Shown: positions 41,201 to 61,443 of the stretch, in pieces | Layout: each line of letters opens with the position of its first letter | Position numbering within the stretch: the stretch's first letter is position 1 | Assembly (NCBI GenBank): GCA_951406725.2 | Contig: OX597837.1 | Span: forward strand, 11,470,001-11,534,000 | Direction: 5' to 3' | DNA from: Octopus vulgaris | Lineage: Eukaryota | Length of the DNA: 64,000 nucleotides | Made by a program: the position numbers and the translations under genes | The notes under the pieces: generated by a model | Databases searched by the model: none | Told to the model about the DNA's origin: nothing | Seen by the model: only the letters and a program-made list of their open reading frames with translations

Positions 41201-41904
41201 TTATTTATTATATATATATATATATATGTATGTAGATTTATGTAGTGAAGGTGCGTGGCCTAGTGGATGGAGTGTTTCACTCACGATCGCGAGATCGCGG
41301 TTTCGGTTCGCGAGCCGGGTGATACTTTGTTTCCTCAAGCAGATCGTCGCATCTCAGACTGCTCTGCGATCCGTGTCCAACACCTGACGCAACGCGAATT
41401 TAATGGGAGGAGTGAGCTAATTTGCCGCTCATACATTTGATAAACAAGACATCTGTGCAAGATGTTCAGCAAGCAATTGCAGAATCGTCTTTCTTTGTCT
41501 ACCGAAGACTACCATCGTGTCTGTATATATATATGTGTTTATGTATGTATTTATGTAGATGTGTAGGTGAGTATATAGGTATGTATGCGTCTATGCACGT
41601 ATGTGTACATATGTATATATGTATGTATGTATATATATGCATAATTCCGCTTTTCCATTGCTTTGCTAATAACCAGTTACAGAAATCTAATATACTTACG
41701 CAGGCTCCTTATATCGAAAACAGCTGTGAATTTGTGCAAGTGATTACGCGACTCCTGTTCTTTTGTCATTCATTTATTGATTAATATATGCATATACATA
41801 CATGCATACAAACATATATATGTATGTATATATATGTTCATATATATAAATAAACACATACGTAATATATTTATATTTATATGTGGATATATATATATAT
41901 ATAT

Positions 41905-42684
<780 letters not shown>

Positions 42685-43931
42685 TCGACCGCTTTTTTCT
42701 CATGCATCTTTTGTACTCGTTGCACCGCCGGTCCCACTTCCACCACCTTTCTGACAATAACCGAAAGCATTATTATTAATATCATTATATAGTTTATTTC
42801 TTTTACAGCAATTTTTTTTTTTTTATAATTATTCAATTATTTTTTTTTTATTCATATTTTTGCTGTAACTTGTGTTTGTTTTTTTTTTCTTTTGTTGTTA
42901 TCCTTCCTAAACTGCGTCCTTCCACATTTTCTATTACGTAATATCAATCGCAATAACTAGAATTTCGTGAGAAGGTTTTGCTTACGAAAGCTGCCATTTT
43001 GAATTTCGCTACCGTTGCCGCTGCTGCTGCTGTTTTTATTCATATTATTATTGCCTTTTTTGTATTGTTGTTGTCATTGCTATTACTATTATTGTTGTTG
43101 TTGTTGTTGTTGTTGTAGTTTCTGTTGTTTTTATTTTATTTCTTTTTATTGCTTTTTATATATATATATATATTTTTTATTCGATGTCTTGTAATTATAT
43201 TAACGTTACTGCCGTTCTTCATGACATTGCTGTTGTCATTCTTGTTTTTATTGTTGATGTTTTCGTTGCTTCTGTTGTTTTTGTTGTTGTTGTTGTTGTG
43301 GTGGTGGTGGTGGTGGCGGTTGTTGTTGTTTCAATCTATTATGTTCTAAACAAGAAACATTAGGGAAATCACGACAAAAACAAATGAAATACAAAATATT
43401 TCGACATCCGATATTTGCCCTGTGTATTTCTTTATTCATTTATTTATGTAATTCATATAAAACGATTTCTCTCGTTTATTTTACATTTTGGGGAAGGTCA
43501 TTCCAGGTCACTTATGGTAATTAAAATGCACTCATTATCCTTTGTTAACTATAAAATATCGTCAGTTATCATATATTGATTTTCGTCCTTTTCTTTTTCT
43601 GTATGTTTTTTGGGGGGTGTTTTTTGTTTGTTTTGTTTTTTTTTCTAATGATTTTAGTGTTTGAAGTGTGGCCATACCGGAGAACAACTTTCAAATTTTA
43701 ATCGAACAAGAATATCAATTCCGCTTGTTATTTCAATCCCTTAATTCTATTTGTTGGACCCGCTAATTGACAGGTCATAGAGACAACGTAAACTACACCG
43801 ATCTTTTGGCCCTTTATAATATTGAAGCCGTGAATTGAAACCGCGATCTCGCGATCCTGAGAGTAACACTCTGACCATAAGGCCACGCGCCCTCACTACA
43901 TACATACATATATATACATACGTACGTATAG

Positions 43932-44160
43932 GGCGGTGAGGAGCTGGCAGAATCGTTAGCATGCCGGGCGAAAGGCTTAGCGGTATTACGTCTGCCGTTA
44001 CGTTCTGAGTTCAAATTCCGCCGAGGTCGACTTTGCCTTTCATCCTTTCGGGGTCGATTAAATAAGTACCAGTTACACACTGGGGTCGATATAATCGACT
44101 TAATCCCTTTGTCCTTGTTTGTCCCTTCTATGTTTAGCCCCCTGTGGGCAATAAAGAAAT
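43932..44160 (+). mobile_element. tRNA-derived SINE family B, full length, tail type 1
   Basis: GGCGGTGAGGAGCTGGCAGAATCG...GAGTTCAAATTCC...cctttcatcctttcggggtcgat...tttagcccc..aataaagaaat. Confidence 0.9.
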
Positions 44161-44170
44161 ATATACATAC

Positions 44171-44245
<75 letters not shown>

Positions 44246-44957
44246 TATATATATAATTATATTTATATATATATATACATACATAATAGGTGGAAACTGT
44301 GTGGAGGTTCGTCGTGTGTGTGTGTGTGTGTCTGTCTGTCTGTGTCTGTGTCCCGCCAACTGCTTGACAGTCCGTTTTGGTTTGTATCGGTTCCCGTAAT
44401 TTAGAGCTTTGTCACAGAATCTGATGACATAAGTTCCAGACTTTTAAAACGTATGTGCTAGGACCGCAGTCCAATGACTGAAACACGTAAAAGATGAAAG
44501 AGGATTATTTCTAACAGAAGCAGAAACAGTGAATGAATGTTAAGAATGTCTTGTACAAATGGATCCAATACGATATGATCACGTGCTCGTGGTAAAGGTG
44601 TAAATTGTTCCACTGTGACGATAAACAATAGAGAGTAGCTTATTCGGATTCGAATGTTTCGAAAATAGAGTTTGTATCCACATAATTCTTATTTCTTTGC
44701 CATGTTAAAAAATAATAAATTTTAAAAGCCATTTTGATTTTCTTTAAACATGAGAATTTCTCCATTCTCTTTTCAATTCGGACAGCCAAGATCACTACCG
44801 CTACACCCATGAAACTCTCTGCTTCACAGCATTATTCTTGAAAACAGAAGTTTAGACAGTCATTGCTGGAACGCCTTTAATCATTAGTCTCTTCAATCAG
44901 GGCCAAATTGTAAATATCAGTTTCAATCCGGTTTGTGTTATTTTCATTTGCAAGAAA

Positions 44958-45170
44958 GGGGTGAGCTGGTAGAATCGTTACCATGCCGGACAAAATGCTT
45001 CCCTCTACAAACTCTTGAGTTCAAATTCGGCCGGGATTGATTTTACTCTTCGTCATTTCGGGGCCGATGAAATAAATACCAATTTATCAATATGGTCGAT
45101 ATAATCGACTTTGATCTCCTCCTCCACCAACCAAAAAAAAATTCAAGCCTTCTGCTTATTTTATAAAGAG
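44958..45170 (+). mobile_element. SINE family B, diverged
   Basis: Homology to 43932-44160. Confidence 0.7.
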
Positions 45171-45654
45171 TTAATTTTTTTTACTAGAATGATTCTCGAT
45201 TTTACCATTCATGGTAGCTAAGGTATTTTTGTCAGTTACACAATCTAAAACATGATTTAAATATTTACTCCTGCAAAATTCAAGTCAGAAACCCTGGATC
45301 TCATCAATCGCCGAAGGGCTTTCCAGTTTGGTAATTTATTTCCGGGTTGTTTTCCTTGTGTTCCCTATTTTGTTGTGTTTTTTCAAATTCCATCTGACTT
45401 TGTACAATCAATAATACTCCAGTCTCTCTCTCTCTCTTTTTTTTTTTTTTTGACTCAGTTATTTTTCGTTATTGTAAACTTCTTACTTTTCGGTAAACTG
45501 TTTATAGACACTTGCTATCCTTCGGCAAAATAGAAATATTTCGGTAACAGTTTTTCCTGCTTTACTTGTAAACAATCTTCTTTTTCTCCTTGTTTCAATG
45601 TGTTGCTTTCTTCATGGCAATATCAAATATGTTTCTTCATGTATTACTGCCAGG

Positions 45655-45726
<72 letters not shown>

Positions 45727-46016
45727 GGCGACGAGCTGGCTGAATCGTTAGCACGCCGGGCGAAATGCTTAGCGGTATTTCGCCCGACGCTACTTTCTGA
45801 GTTCAAATTCCACCTAGGGCGGCTTTGCCTTTCATCATTTCGGGGTCGATAAAATAAGTACCAGACGTACACTGGGGTTGATGTAATCGACTTACTCCCT
45901 TCCTCAAAATTGCTGCACTTGTACCAATTAAGTACCAGTGAAACACTGGGGTCGATGTAGTTGACTAGCCTATCCCCCCAAATTTTAGGCCTTGTGCGTA
46001 TATTAGAAGGGATTAC
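45727..46016 (+). mobile_element. SINE family B, tail type 2, with a duplicated 3' module
   Basis: taagtaccag...cactgggg..gatgta twice; ends ccccaaattttaggccttgtgcgtatattagaagggatta; follows (TTA)n. Confidence 0.85.
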
Positions 46017-46021
46017 TATTA

Positions 46022-46665
46022 ATGAGTGAGAGCAGCGCATGCTATCAAAGTGACCCTGGGGTAAAATATACGAAGCCCAAAATACCCATCATGGCTACCC
46101 GCCTGATAATGGTATACCAGGCACATGCTTCACAACCATACGTGCGCGGCATGGTGAACTCATATCAAGATAAACAGCACAAGACCTTGCAGGTGGGTCC
46201 CAGTTAGAATTTTCTTCAGATCGAGTTGCCCATTCCGCTCAAAAGGTCCTTGTATAAGGGTTGTTTAAGGATGTTGAACGAAACACCCATGTTTCCAAAG
46301 GTAATTTTTTCAAATTCCAAAGAATTCCTCTCAGGACATGGCTATGATGCTCCCCCACTACTTCTGCTCGTGGTCAGAGATGCAGATATCGTCAGCCACC
46401 AAGGGACATGCTCAGCTGGTGTAGGTCAAGCAACTGACCAGCAAATCTGTGGGCATTGAGCAGAATATTTACTGTAGTCCATCTTTTATACCAAGACGAA
46501 ATATGTACATGATAACACTTCCAATCAATTAAGATCAGAAGCCATGAGAGCCACTGCCTGGTACTGCATCAGGGCATTGTTGCTCCCCCACTACTCCTGC
46601 TCGTGATCAGAAATGCACATAATGTCAACCACTAAGGAAGAGGTGAAGGTCAAGCAACTGACAAA
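46022..46665. mobile_element. Unclassified interspersed repeat family U (longest copy)
   Basis: Three copies in the window; internal re-iteration at 46580-46665; no protein motif recognised. Confidence 0.75.
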
Positions 46666-46830
46666 CAAGCTTTCTACTGTAGGATATACAACTTCGACAT
46701 TTTTATATATTAGTTCCAGAAGTAATAAAAGAATCGTGTTTACATGGTCCTTATTGACGCCACCACTCTGTCTCTCTGTCTATATTTTTCAATCTCACTT
46801 ACTCTTCCCCCCTCTCTCTCTCTTTATCTC

Positions 46831-47046
46831 TCTTTACTCTTTTACTTGTTTCAGTCATTTGACTGCGGCCATGCTGGAGCACCGCCTTTAGTCGAGCAAA
46901 TCGACCCCGGGACTTATTCTTTGTAAGCCCAGTACTTATTCTATCGGTCTCTTTTGCCGAACCGCTAAGTGACGGGGACGTAAACACACCAGCATCGGTT
47001 GTCAAGCAATGCTAGGGGGACAAACACAGACACACAAACACACACA

Positions 47047-47113
<67 letters not shown>

Positions 47114-47275
47114 GACGGGCCTCTTTCAGTTTCCGTCTACCAAATCCACTCACAAGGCATTGGTCGGCCCGGGGCTATAGCAGAAGACACTTGCCCAAGG
47201 TGCCACGCAGTGGGACTGAACCCGGAACCATGTAGTTGGTTAGCAAGCTACTTACCACACAGCCACTCCTGCGCC
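46831..47275 (-). mobile_element. SINE family A, full length
   Basis: As 35434-35883. Confidence 0.92.
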
Positions 47276-48042
47276 TATCTCTTTATCTATTTATCTCTTT
47301 TTGTGGGGGTTGTAGGTTGATTGTTTTTCTTTCTCACTATTTATATTCTCTTGTCTTTTAATTGAAAATTGAACAACTAATGCTTCAATGAAAAGAGAAG
47401 CACTTCATTGACAGAATTATTAACTCCATCACTGATACTATTTACCCCTTACATTGTCTGTGAAACAGAAAATCGATTTGACGGCGAACAAATAAAGCCG
47501 CCATGTTTAGTTGTCTTCGTGTTTACGCCTTAATTTCTTTCGCCGTTGATATTAGGTTGCTATCGAATCGTTCCCAAAGACTTCGTATAATCCATTGTAC
47601 ATCAGCAATTCCAATGCGTGGTATTCGGTCTCTGACATCAGCCAATATCATTTACTTTGTTTTTATCTTTTGTTGTTTTCTTCTCCCCGTTATTAAACTT
47701 GCGGCCTTGCTGGGGCACCACTTCGAAGGGTTTAGTCGAACAATTCGATCCACCAGAACTTATTTGGTTTTTAAAACTGATAGTGCTCTATCGCTATCTT
47801 TTGTCGATCCGTTAGGTTACGGGGACGATTTAAAAAAAGAAAGAACAACACCGGGTGTGAAATGGTGGTGGTGGTGGTGGTGGTGGAGGTGGTGGTGGTG
47901 GTAGTGGTTGTGGTGGCGGTGGTGGTGGTGAAGCAAGCAAGAACACGCACACACACTCACACACACACGCATGCGTCAGTGTGTGCATGTGTGAACGTGT
48001 GTGTGTGAGTATGTGTAAACATGCGTGTGAACGTGTATGTGA

Positions 48043-48083
<41 letters not shown>

Positions 48084-48332
48084 AACGTGTGTGTATGTGA
48101 ACGTGTGTGTGTGTGCGTACCTTCACAATTGCAAGATCGAGGTATTGATTCCCGGACCGGGCGGAGAGTTGTATTCTTGAGCGAAGCACTTCATCTCACG
48201 TGACCCCGCGATCACTTCGATGAGCTCAGGTGCCGAGCAATCATTTGATCACTTATAAACAAATCATCTGCGCAGGTTGTTCAGTGAGAATTTTAGAAAG
48301 AGTCCACGGTACACACAGGCACAACACACACA

Positions 48333-48428
<96 letters not shown>

Positions 48429-48467
48429 TGCAACGAAACAAATAAATCTTCTTGGGTTTGATATACG

Positions 48468-48699
48468 TATTTCTTTACTACCCACAAGGGGCTAAACATA
48501 GGGGGGACAAACAAGGACAGACACACGGATTAAGTCGATTATATCGACCCCAGTGCATAACTGGTACTTATTTAATCGACCTCGGAAGGATGAAGGGCAA
48601 AGTTGACCTCGGCGGTATTTGAACTCAGAGCATTAACGGCAGACGAAATACGGTTACGCATTTCGCCCGACGTGCTAACGTTTCTGCCAGGTTGCCGCC
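48468..48699 (-). mobile_element. SINE family B with a 15-bp target-site duplication
   Basis: gtttgatatacgtat at 48456-48470 and 48703-48717. Confidence 0.9.
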
Positions 48700-48716
48700 T
48701 ATGTTTGATATACGTA

Positions 48717-48852
<136 letters not shown>

Positions 48853-48879
48853 TATAGATATATATATACATAAACATAT

Positions 48880-49040
48880 ATATGACGGGCTTCTTTCAGT
48901 TTCCGTCTACCAAATCCACTCACAAGACTTTGGTCGGCTCGAGGCTATAGTAGAAGACACTTGCCCAAAGTGTCACACACTGGGACTGAACCCGGAACCA
49001 TGTTGTTGATAGGCAAGCTGCTTACCACACAGCCACTCCT
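48880..49040 (-). mobile_element. SINE family A, 5' half
   Basis: Homology to full-length copies. Confidence 0.85.
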
Positions 49041-49735
49041 ATATCTCAAGACTTCCACACACTTTACGACTGCTAAATTTACTCACAAGGCATTGGTCAA
49101 CCCGGTGTTATTAGTAGAAGACAAAGACCCTTGCTGAATGTACTGTGCGGTGGAACTGAACCCCAAACCACGTTGCCGTGAAGCGGATCCCCAGCATGGC
49201 CGCTATCCAATGACAGAAAGAAGAAAGAGATGAAAGATATGAAAAGATAAACAAAAATAGGACACAATGTCCTGAACAGAACGTCTTTGATCCTAAGGTC
49301 TAATTCTCATCAGGACTTGCCGGCGGCTAAATAACGACGAAAATTTAGGCTACCGCATTGATGCTGGCATCGGCGCCAACCACGGCTCCACCAACACCAT
49401 TCCCCTCCGCCACTATTTCTCCATTTCCCACTTTTTCTTTTAAAAGATGCTACAAACACCTTCTAAGGTTTACCTTTAAACATTTTCATTGGGTTTAATT
49501 AAGATGTCATGACTGTTTTAATTCAATAATTACAGTAAGTCTTCTTCCTCTCCGATGACACTAATTTTATTATCTCCTCGCACACATACGCATGCGCGCG
49601 CACACAAGCAAAAACACACACACACACACATATGTATATGCATATAAGTATATCTATTTTTACCTTATATGTATATATATACGGTTGTCTGTGTGTGTGT
49701 GTGTGTATGTGTGTGTGCGTGCGTGTGTGTATGTA

Positions 49736-55771
<6,036 letters not shown>

Positions 55772-55812
55772 TGTTCTGTTTCATATTCATGTTGTACCTG
55801 GACCACACATCT

Positions 55813-55843
<31 letters not shown>

Positions 55844-56012
55844 TACTTTCCCGGTAGGCAAGCTATGTATTCACATCTTCAGCATGACACCTGCTCCTGT
55901 CCTTCTGTCATAAATTCTTATTCCTCCAGTCTCTACCCCACTCAGTTGAGGGGTCTTATCTTGCGGGTACAAGGCGACCTCACCGGTGCTGGTGCCCCGC
56001 AAAAAGCACCCA

Positions 56013-56368
56013 GTTAAACTTATTCCGAAATACTTTTCATTACCCGACATGCAGTTCGTAAAAAGCCCGCCATTTACTGGATATATGATTTATAAACATT
56101 CCATGTGCTTGGCCGGAGTGAGCAGTTGTCTGTTCGTCTTCGCTATGTAAGGTTGGTAGTTTATTTATGATGTATTCAGAATCAGTTCTGCTGACGATCA
56201 TTAGACGCAAGTTGTATGTGAAATCACGGTGATACAGAACATAATTCATTTTTAAATGTCTTGCTTTGAAAAACTGCATTTGGGTATGATTAGTATAATT
56301 TTGGTAGTAATGACTCTGTCCCTCCTAGTGTGAGGCATTTATGTGTAATAATGCCCTCTATACAATAT

Positions 56369-56375
<7 letters not shown>
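56013..56375 (+). repeat. Inverted partial copy of the 479-bp unit, with hammerhead at 56185-56240
   Basis: Reverse complement of the array unit with two C-to-T changes at CpG sites; runs into (TA)n. Confidence 0.95.
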
Positions 56376-56425
<50 letters not shown>

Positions 56426-56430
<5 letters not shown>

Positions 56431-56722
56431 CCTACCCAGCTGTATTTATAGCACAGAATCACTCATCTTGCTACAGTCAAAAATTGTGAAGCATGACTGT
56501 CAACACTACTACATGAACCCGAAGATTGCAGAATTCAATGCATGAAAGTACTAGTTCAATCAGAATGAATATTTAACATTCTACTATTTCATTTTATTTT
56601 ATTCAATTATAATATATTATCTTATAATATATCATTATAAGATTGTAAATAAAACGTGAAAATCAGACAAGGTTGGAATTCTTTTTATTAATATATTCTT
56701 CTATACACAATCACACACACCC
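56426..56722 (+). mobile_element. Solo pLTR fragment of the same Penelope family as 37205-37830, with hammerhead variant at 56514-56558
   Basis: tgaac-CCGAAGA-ttgcagaattcaatgcat-GAAA-gtac-TA-gttca; colinear with the reverse complement of 37205-37488. Confidence 0.88.
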
Positions 56723-56759
56723 ATATATATATATATCTATATATATATATATATATATG

Positions 56760-56800
<41 letters not shown>

Positions 56801-56802
<2 letters not shown>

Positions 56803-57104
56803 AGGCGCAATGGCCCAGTGGTTAGGGCAGCGGACTCGCGGTCGAAGGAACGCGGTTTCGATTCCCAGACCGGGCGTTGTGAGTGTTTATTGAGCAAAAA
56901 CACCTATGGCTCAACGATGCTCCGGCAGGGGGGGGGGCATCCCTGCTGTACTCTTTCGCCACAAGTTTCTCTCACTCTTTCTTCTGTTGGCCTGCTCGCT
57001 TAGCCAGCAGGGTGGCGTCACTTGAAGGCTAAAACTATGCAAAGCGCATTGTGGCCAGCGATGTGTAGCAACATCTGAAAGCCTGGTCGGTCACAGTGAT
57101 CACA

Positions 57105-57108
<4 letters not shown>
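56801..57108 (+). mobile_element. tRNA-derived SINE family D, full length
   Basis: GGAGGCGCAATGGCCCAGTGGTTAGG...GGTTTCGATTCCC; tail (TCACAGTGA)x2. Confidence 0.85.
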
Positions 57109-57184
<76 letters not shown>

Positions 57185-57554
57185 TGCATGTATGTATGTA
57201 TTTATGTATATATTCATACACGTATACGTGCACACACTTATACAAACATATACACATATACTCCGACAAATGTGCCAACAAGGTTTACCGTCATGCATCA
57301 TTAGTTTTATATTCTTTGTCTCGGAGCTTTCTACTAGACAAAGTTCCGGTATGGCTTTGGGGTGTCGGGTGTCATTTGAGTGGTATTTTGACGCCTCGTG
57401 ATCTCAAAGCTCATTTTTTGTAACCTCTGCTTTCGTCACTCTCCCATACTGTATTTCAAAGCTTCTAACAAGCCAGAGATCTACGCTATTTCCTGTCTCT
57501 TATTAACACGCTTGACTACCTTTGACCGATATAAAGAAAATGTTCCTTCTCGAG

Positions 57555-57830
57555 ACATGCCAGGCTCTTAAAGGCCGGTTTCTCGGTTTCAGTGGCGTAG
57601 AAATTCCCCACCCGGACGGGATGCCGGCCCGTCGCAGGATTACTCATTTTTGTCAGCTGAGTGAACTGGAGCAATGTGAAATGAAGTGCTTTGCTTAAGA
57701 ACACAACGCATCGCCTGGTCCAGGAATCGAAACCACTACCTTACGATCATGTGTTCAACACTCTAACCACTAACCCATGCGCCTCCACTATTCATGAGTT
57801 CAACACCCTAACCACTAAGCCACTCGCCTC
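57555..57830 (-). mobile_element. SINE family C with a duplicated 5' head
   Basis: ctaaccactaa...cgcctccacta twice; body homologous to 40983-41200. Confidence 0.8.
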
Positions 57831-58163
57831 CACTACTTGGCTCATATAGTGGGACACAAATCTATAGTCAGGGGTATGTCTGACGATTTCAGACAGAAAT
57901 AAAGTGCTATAGATTTCAGATACTGTTCAAGTGCCATAAATAACGGCTTTAAATGACAACAGAAAAGTGCTACGGTTTTAACTATTTTCACTTGAGACAA
58001 CTTTTTCCCGATATATCCCAAAGAATTCGTTGAACTACTTGTTCTGAGATAAGATTTTAGAACACTTCCATCTATTTCCTTTACCTACTTCAGGACTATA
58101 TCTTGGGGAAAACAAATGCTGTTTGCTTCTACAAAATTGTCCCTCCTATATTTTTCTCTCGTA

Positions 58164-58334
58164 GGCGCAGGAGTGGCTGTGTAGTAAGTAGCTTGTTTAC
58201 CACCCACATGGTTCCGGGTTCAGTCCCACTGCGTGGCAACTTGGGCAAGTGACTTCTACAATAGCCTTGGGCCGACCAAAGCCTTGTGAGTGGATTTGGT
58301 AGACGGAAACTGAAAGAAGCCTGTCGTATATATG

Positions 58335-58367
<33 letters not shown>

Positions 58368-58576
58368 GTTTGTGTGTCTGTGTTTGTCCACCTAGCATTG
58401 CTTGACAACCGATGCTGGTGTGTTTATGTCCCCGTTACTTAGCGGTTCGGCAAAAGAGACCGATAGAATAAGTACTGGGCTTACAAAAGAATAAGTCCCG
58501 GGGTCGAGTTGCTCGATTAAAGGCGGTGCTCCAGCATGGCCGCCGTCAAATGACTGAAACAAGTAAAAGAGTAAAG
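58164..58576 (+). mobile_element. SINE family A, full length
   Basis: tRNA-like head, ttgggcaagtg core-like motif, internal (TA)/(TG) tract, CCAGCATGGCC tail. Confidence 0.92.
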
Positions 58577-58829
58577 AGAGAGAGATCTAAATATTCCTTA
58601 TGTTTATTTTCTATTAAAAGAAATTTTGCCTTCACGCAACTGCTCCAAGTGTTCTTACTGCCACTGTGGTTATTATGGCTGCTGCCTTCAAGATTTCTTA
58701 TTTCATGATCTGGAAAATATTCTTCTACTAACTGCTCGTTCTCTTTTTTTTATACATTAAGTTCTGTTTTGATTCTTTTATCTTTTGCGATTCCAGTACT
58801 TCTCTTGTAACATTATTGTGTGCTACCAA

Positions 58830-59242
58830 GGTGGCGAGCTGGCAGAAACGTTAGCACGCCGGGCGAAATGCTTAGCGGTATTTCGTCTGCCGTTACGTTC
58901 TGAGTTCAAATTCCTCCGAAGTCGACTTCGCCTTTCATCCTTTCGGAGTCGATAGATTAAGTACCAGTTATGCACTGGGGTCGATATAATCGACTTAATC
59001 CGTTTGTCTGTCCTTGTTTGTCCCTCCTGTGTTTAGCCCCTTGTGGGCAATAAAGAAATAAGAAACGTTAGCACGCCGGGCGAAATGCTTAGCGGTATTT
59101 CGTCTGTCGTTACGTTCTGAGTTCAAATGCCGCCGAGGTCGACTTTGCCTTTCATCCTTCCGGAATCGATAAATTAAGTACCAGTTGCGTACTGGGGTCG
59201 CTCTAATCGACTGTCCCCCTCCCCCAAACATTCGGGCCTTGT
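58830..59242 (+). mobile_element. SINE family B head-to-tail dimer (tail 1 monomer followed by tail 2 monomer)
   Basis: Second monomer starts at ~59061 (agaaacgttagcacgccggg). Confidence 0.88.
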
Positions 59243-59583
59243 ATCATTTGAAGAGGAAGGTGAGGATAGTGAGGATAAGTGGTTGTGGAGATATTAGGTG
59301 TTTTCGGGGTTTAGATACCAAAAACGGGAAAAGTCTCCGAAAATAATCTTTATCCTGAAAATGAAGGAACTCTTACCCTTCGATTAGACACAGTGACTTC
59401 ACGAAACAATACGCCATGCCGTCAAAAATGTCGGCTAATTGTAGTATTTTATATATAAATAAGGTACATATTAATCACTCATATAAACATTCACATACTT
59501 CCCTTGTACACGCACACACGTGCACGCATATACTCACAGAGTTAAAACTCTGTCTAGTATATATGTGTGTGTATGTATGTATG

Positions 59584-59618
<35 letters not shown>

Positions 59619-59918
59619 GAGGAAGAATGAGGGAGAGAGAAAGAGAAATAGAATTGCTGTCTCAGTAAGGTGTAGTATTGAAATTATAACGAACGTATGC
59701 ATATTGTAGTTTTACTGCTGATTAGAAATAGCACTTTTTGGTGATTTCTTGATTAATCAACATGGCGTCGATGGCTTGCTTATTTGATGGCTTGAAAATT
59801 GCGCATTACGTAATCTCATTAAGTTTGTGCTTACGTCATGCATGTGACAACCATGTCTACATCACAGAAAAGGTTCTTGATAAAACAACTGTAGCAACAC
59901 CAGATAACCTACTCGTGC

Positions 59919-59968
<50 letters not shown>

Positions 59969-60082
59969 CGGGAAGCTCTATGAAAATAGACAAAAGACGA
60001 AGGCAGGTTTACGGAAATAAACAAAAGACGAAGGCTGTGTGTGTATGTATGTATATACATATATATATATACATATATATCA

Positions 60083-60126
<44 letters not shown>

Positions 60127-60326
60127 CATATTTACTTATATATACATATATATATTTAGATATATATATATATATATATTTACATATATGTATATATATA
60201 TTTACATATATTTACATATATGTATATATATATATATTTACATATATGCATATATAAACATATATATGCATATATATGTATATATATTTATATATATATA
60301 TACATACACATATAAGTGTGTGTGTG

Positions 60327-60373
<47 letters not shown>

Positions 60374-61025
60374 TATCTATGTATGTATGTATGTATGTCT
60401 ATAAGAACTTATATACATATTTATGTATGAATCTATACATATCAGTATATATGTATATATCACTATATGTGTATGTTTATTATGCTATATATAATTACAT
60501 ATATATGTGAATATATATACATATATATATTTATAAATGTATATATATAAATGTATATATATATATTTGTGTGTGTGTGTACTAATAAATGTATATCATT
60601 GTATGTATACATTCCGTAATAATAAACAATAATGTACATTATATTTTTATTATCTTTCAAATATTCTAGTTTAGAGTGTATATCTATATACGGTAATATA
60701 TAAACATACATACGTATGTATATATCAATGTGTATATTGCTAACATGTATATGGTTATGTTTATATAATACTCTGTGTCTACAATATTCCCACACATCAC
60801 CCATATTCTAAAGGTTATGTAAGACTGATAGGATTCGATGCTGTTCTGTAAATTCTTGCGCTTTCAAAAGAAAATATATTACTGAAAGTCAGAACGCGTT
60901 AAAACTAAAAATTCAATTGTTCTGGAAAATATAGGCTAAGTACCTCAGTCGCTTTACTTCAGAGTTTCACCAGCATGATCTATGCGTTTTGTATGTATGC
61001 ACTCAACTCTGTGCGTGTGCGTGTG

Positions 61026-61064
<39 letters not shown>

Positions 61065-61191
61065 CTTTCCATCCATTTCCATATATGTATTTCTCTTCAT
61101 ACATTTATAGAATGATATATACATATTCATATATACATACATACATATATACATAAATACATGCATATATAATTATATAAATGTATGTATA

Positions 61192-61227
<36 letters not shown>

Positions 61228-61394
61228 CATATACACACACACACACATATATATATATATATGTGTATATATATATATATATACATATATTTATACTTTT
61301 ATGTACACCACATATATAAATACAGATAAATATATTTTTTATTCATATATATATATGTGCGTATATACATAAATACATGCACACACACACACGC

Positions 61395-61443
<49 letters not shown>

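Noticed and set aside
49290-49316. CTGATGA on the minus strand as a hammerhead
   Set aside because: No matching GAAA segment or flanking helices.
56801-56875. tRNA genes at SINE heads (also 26330, 40983, 58164)
   Set aside because: A and B boxes are present but there is no convincing cloverleaf, and each continues into a SINE body.
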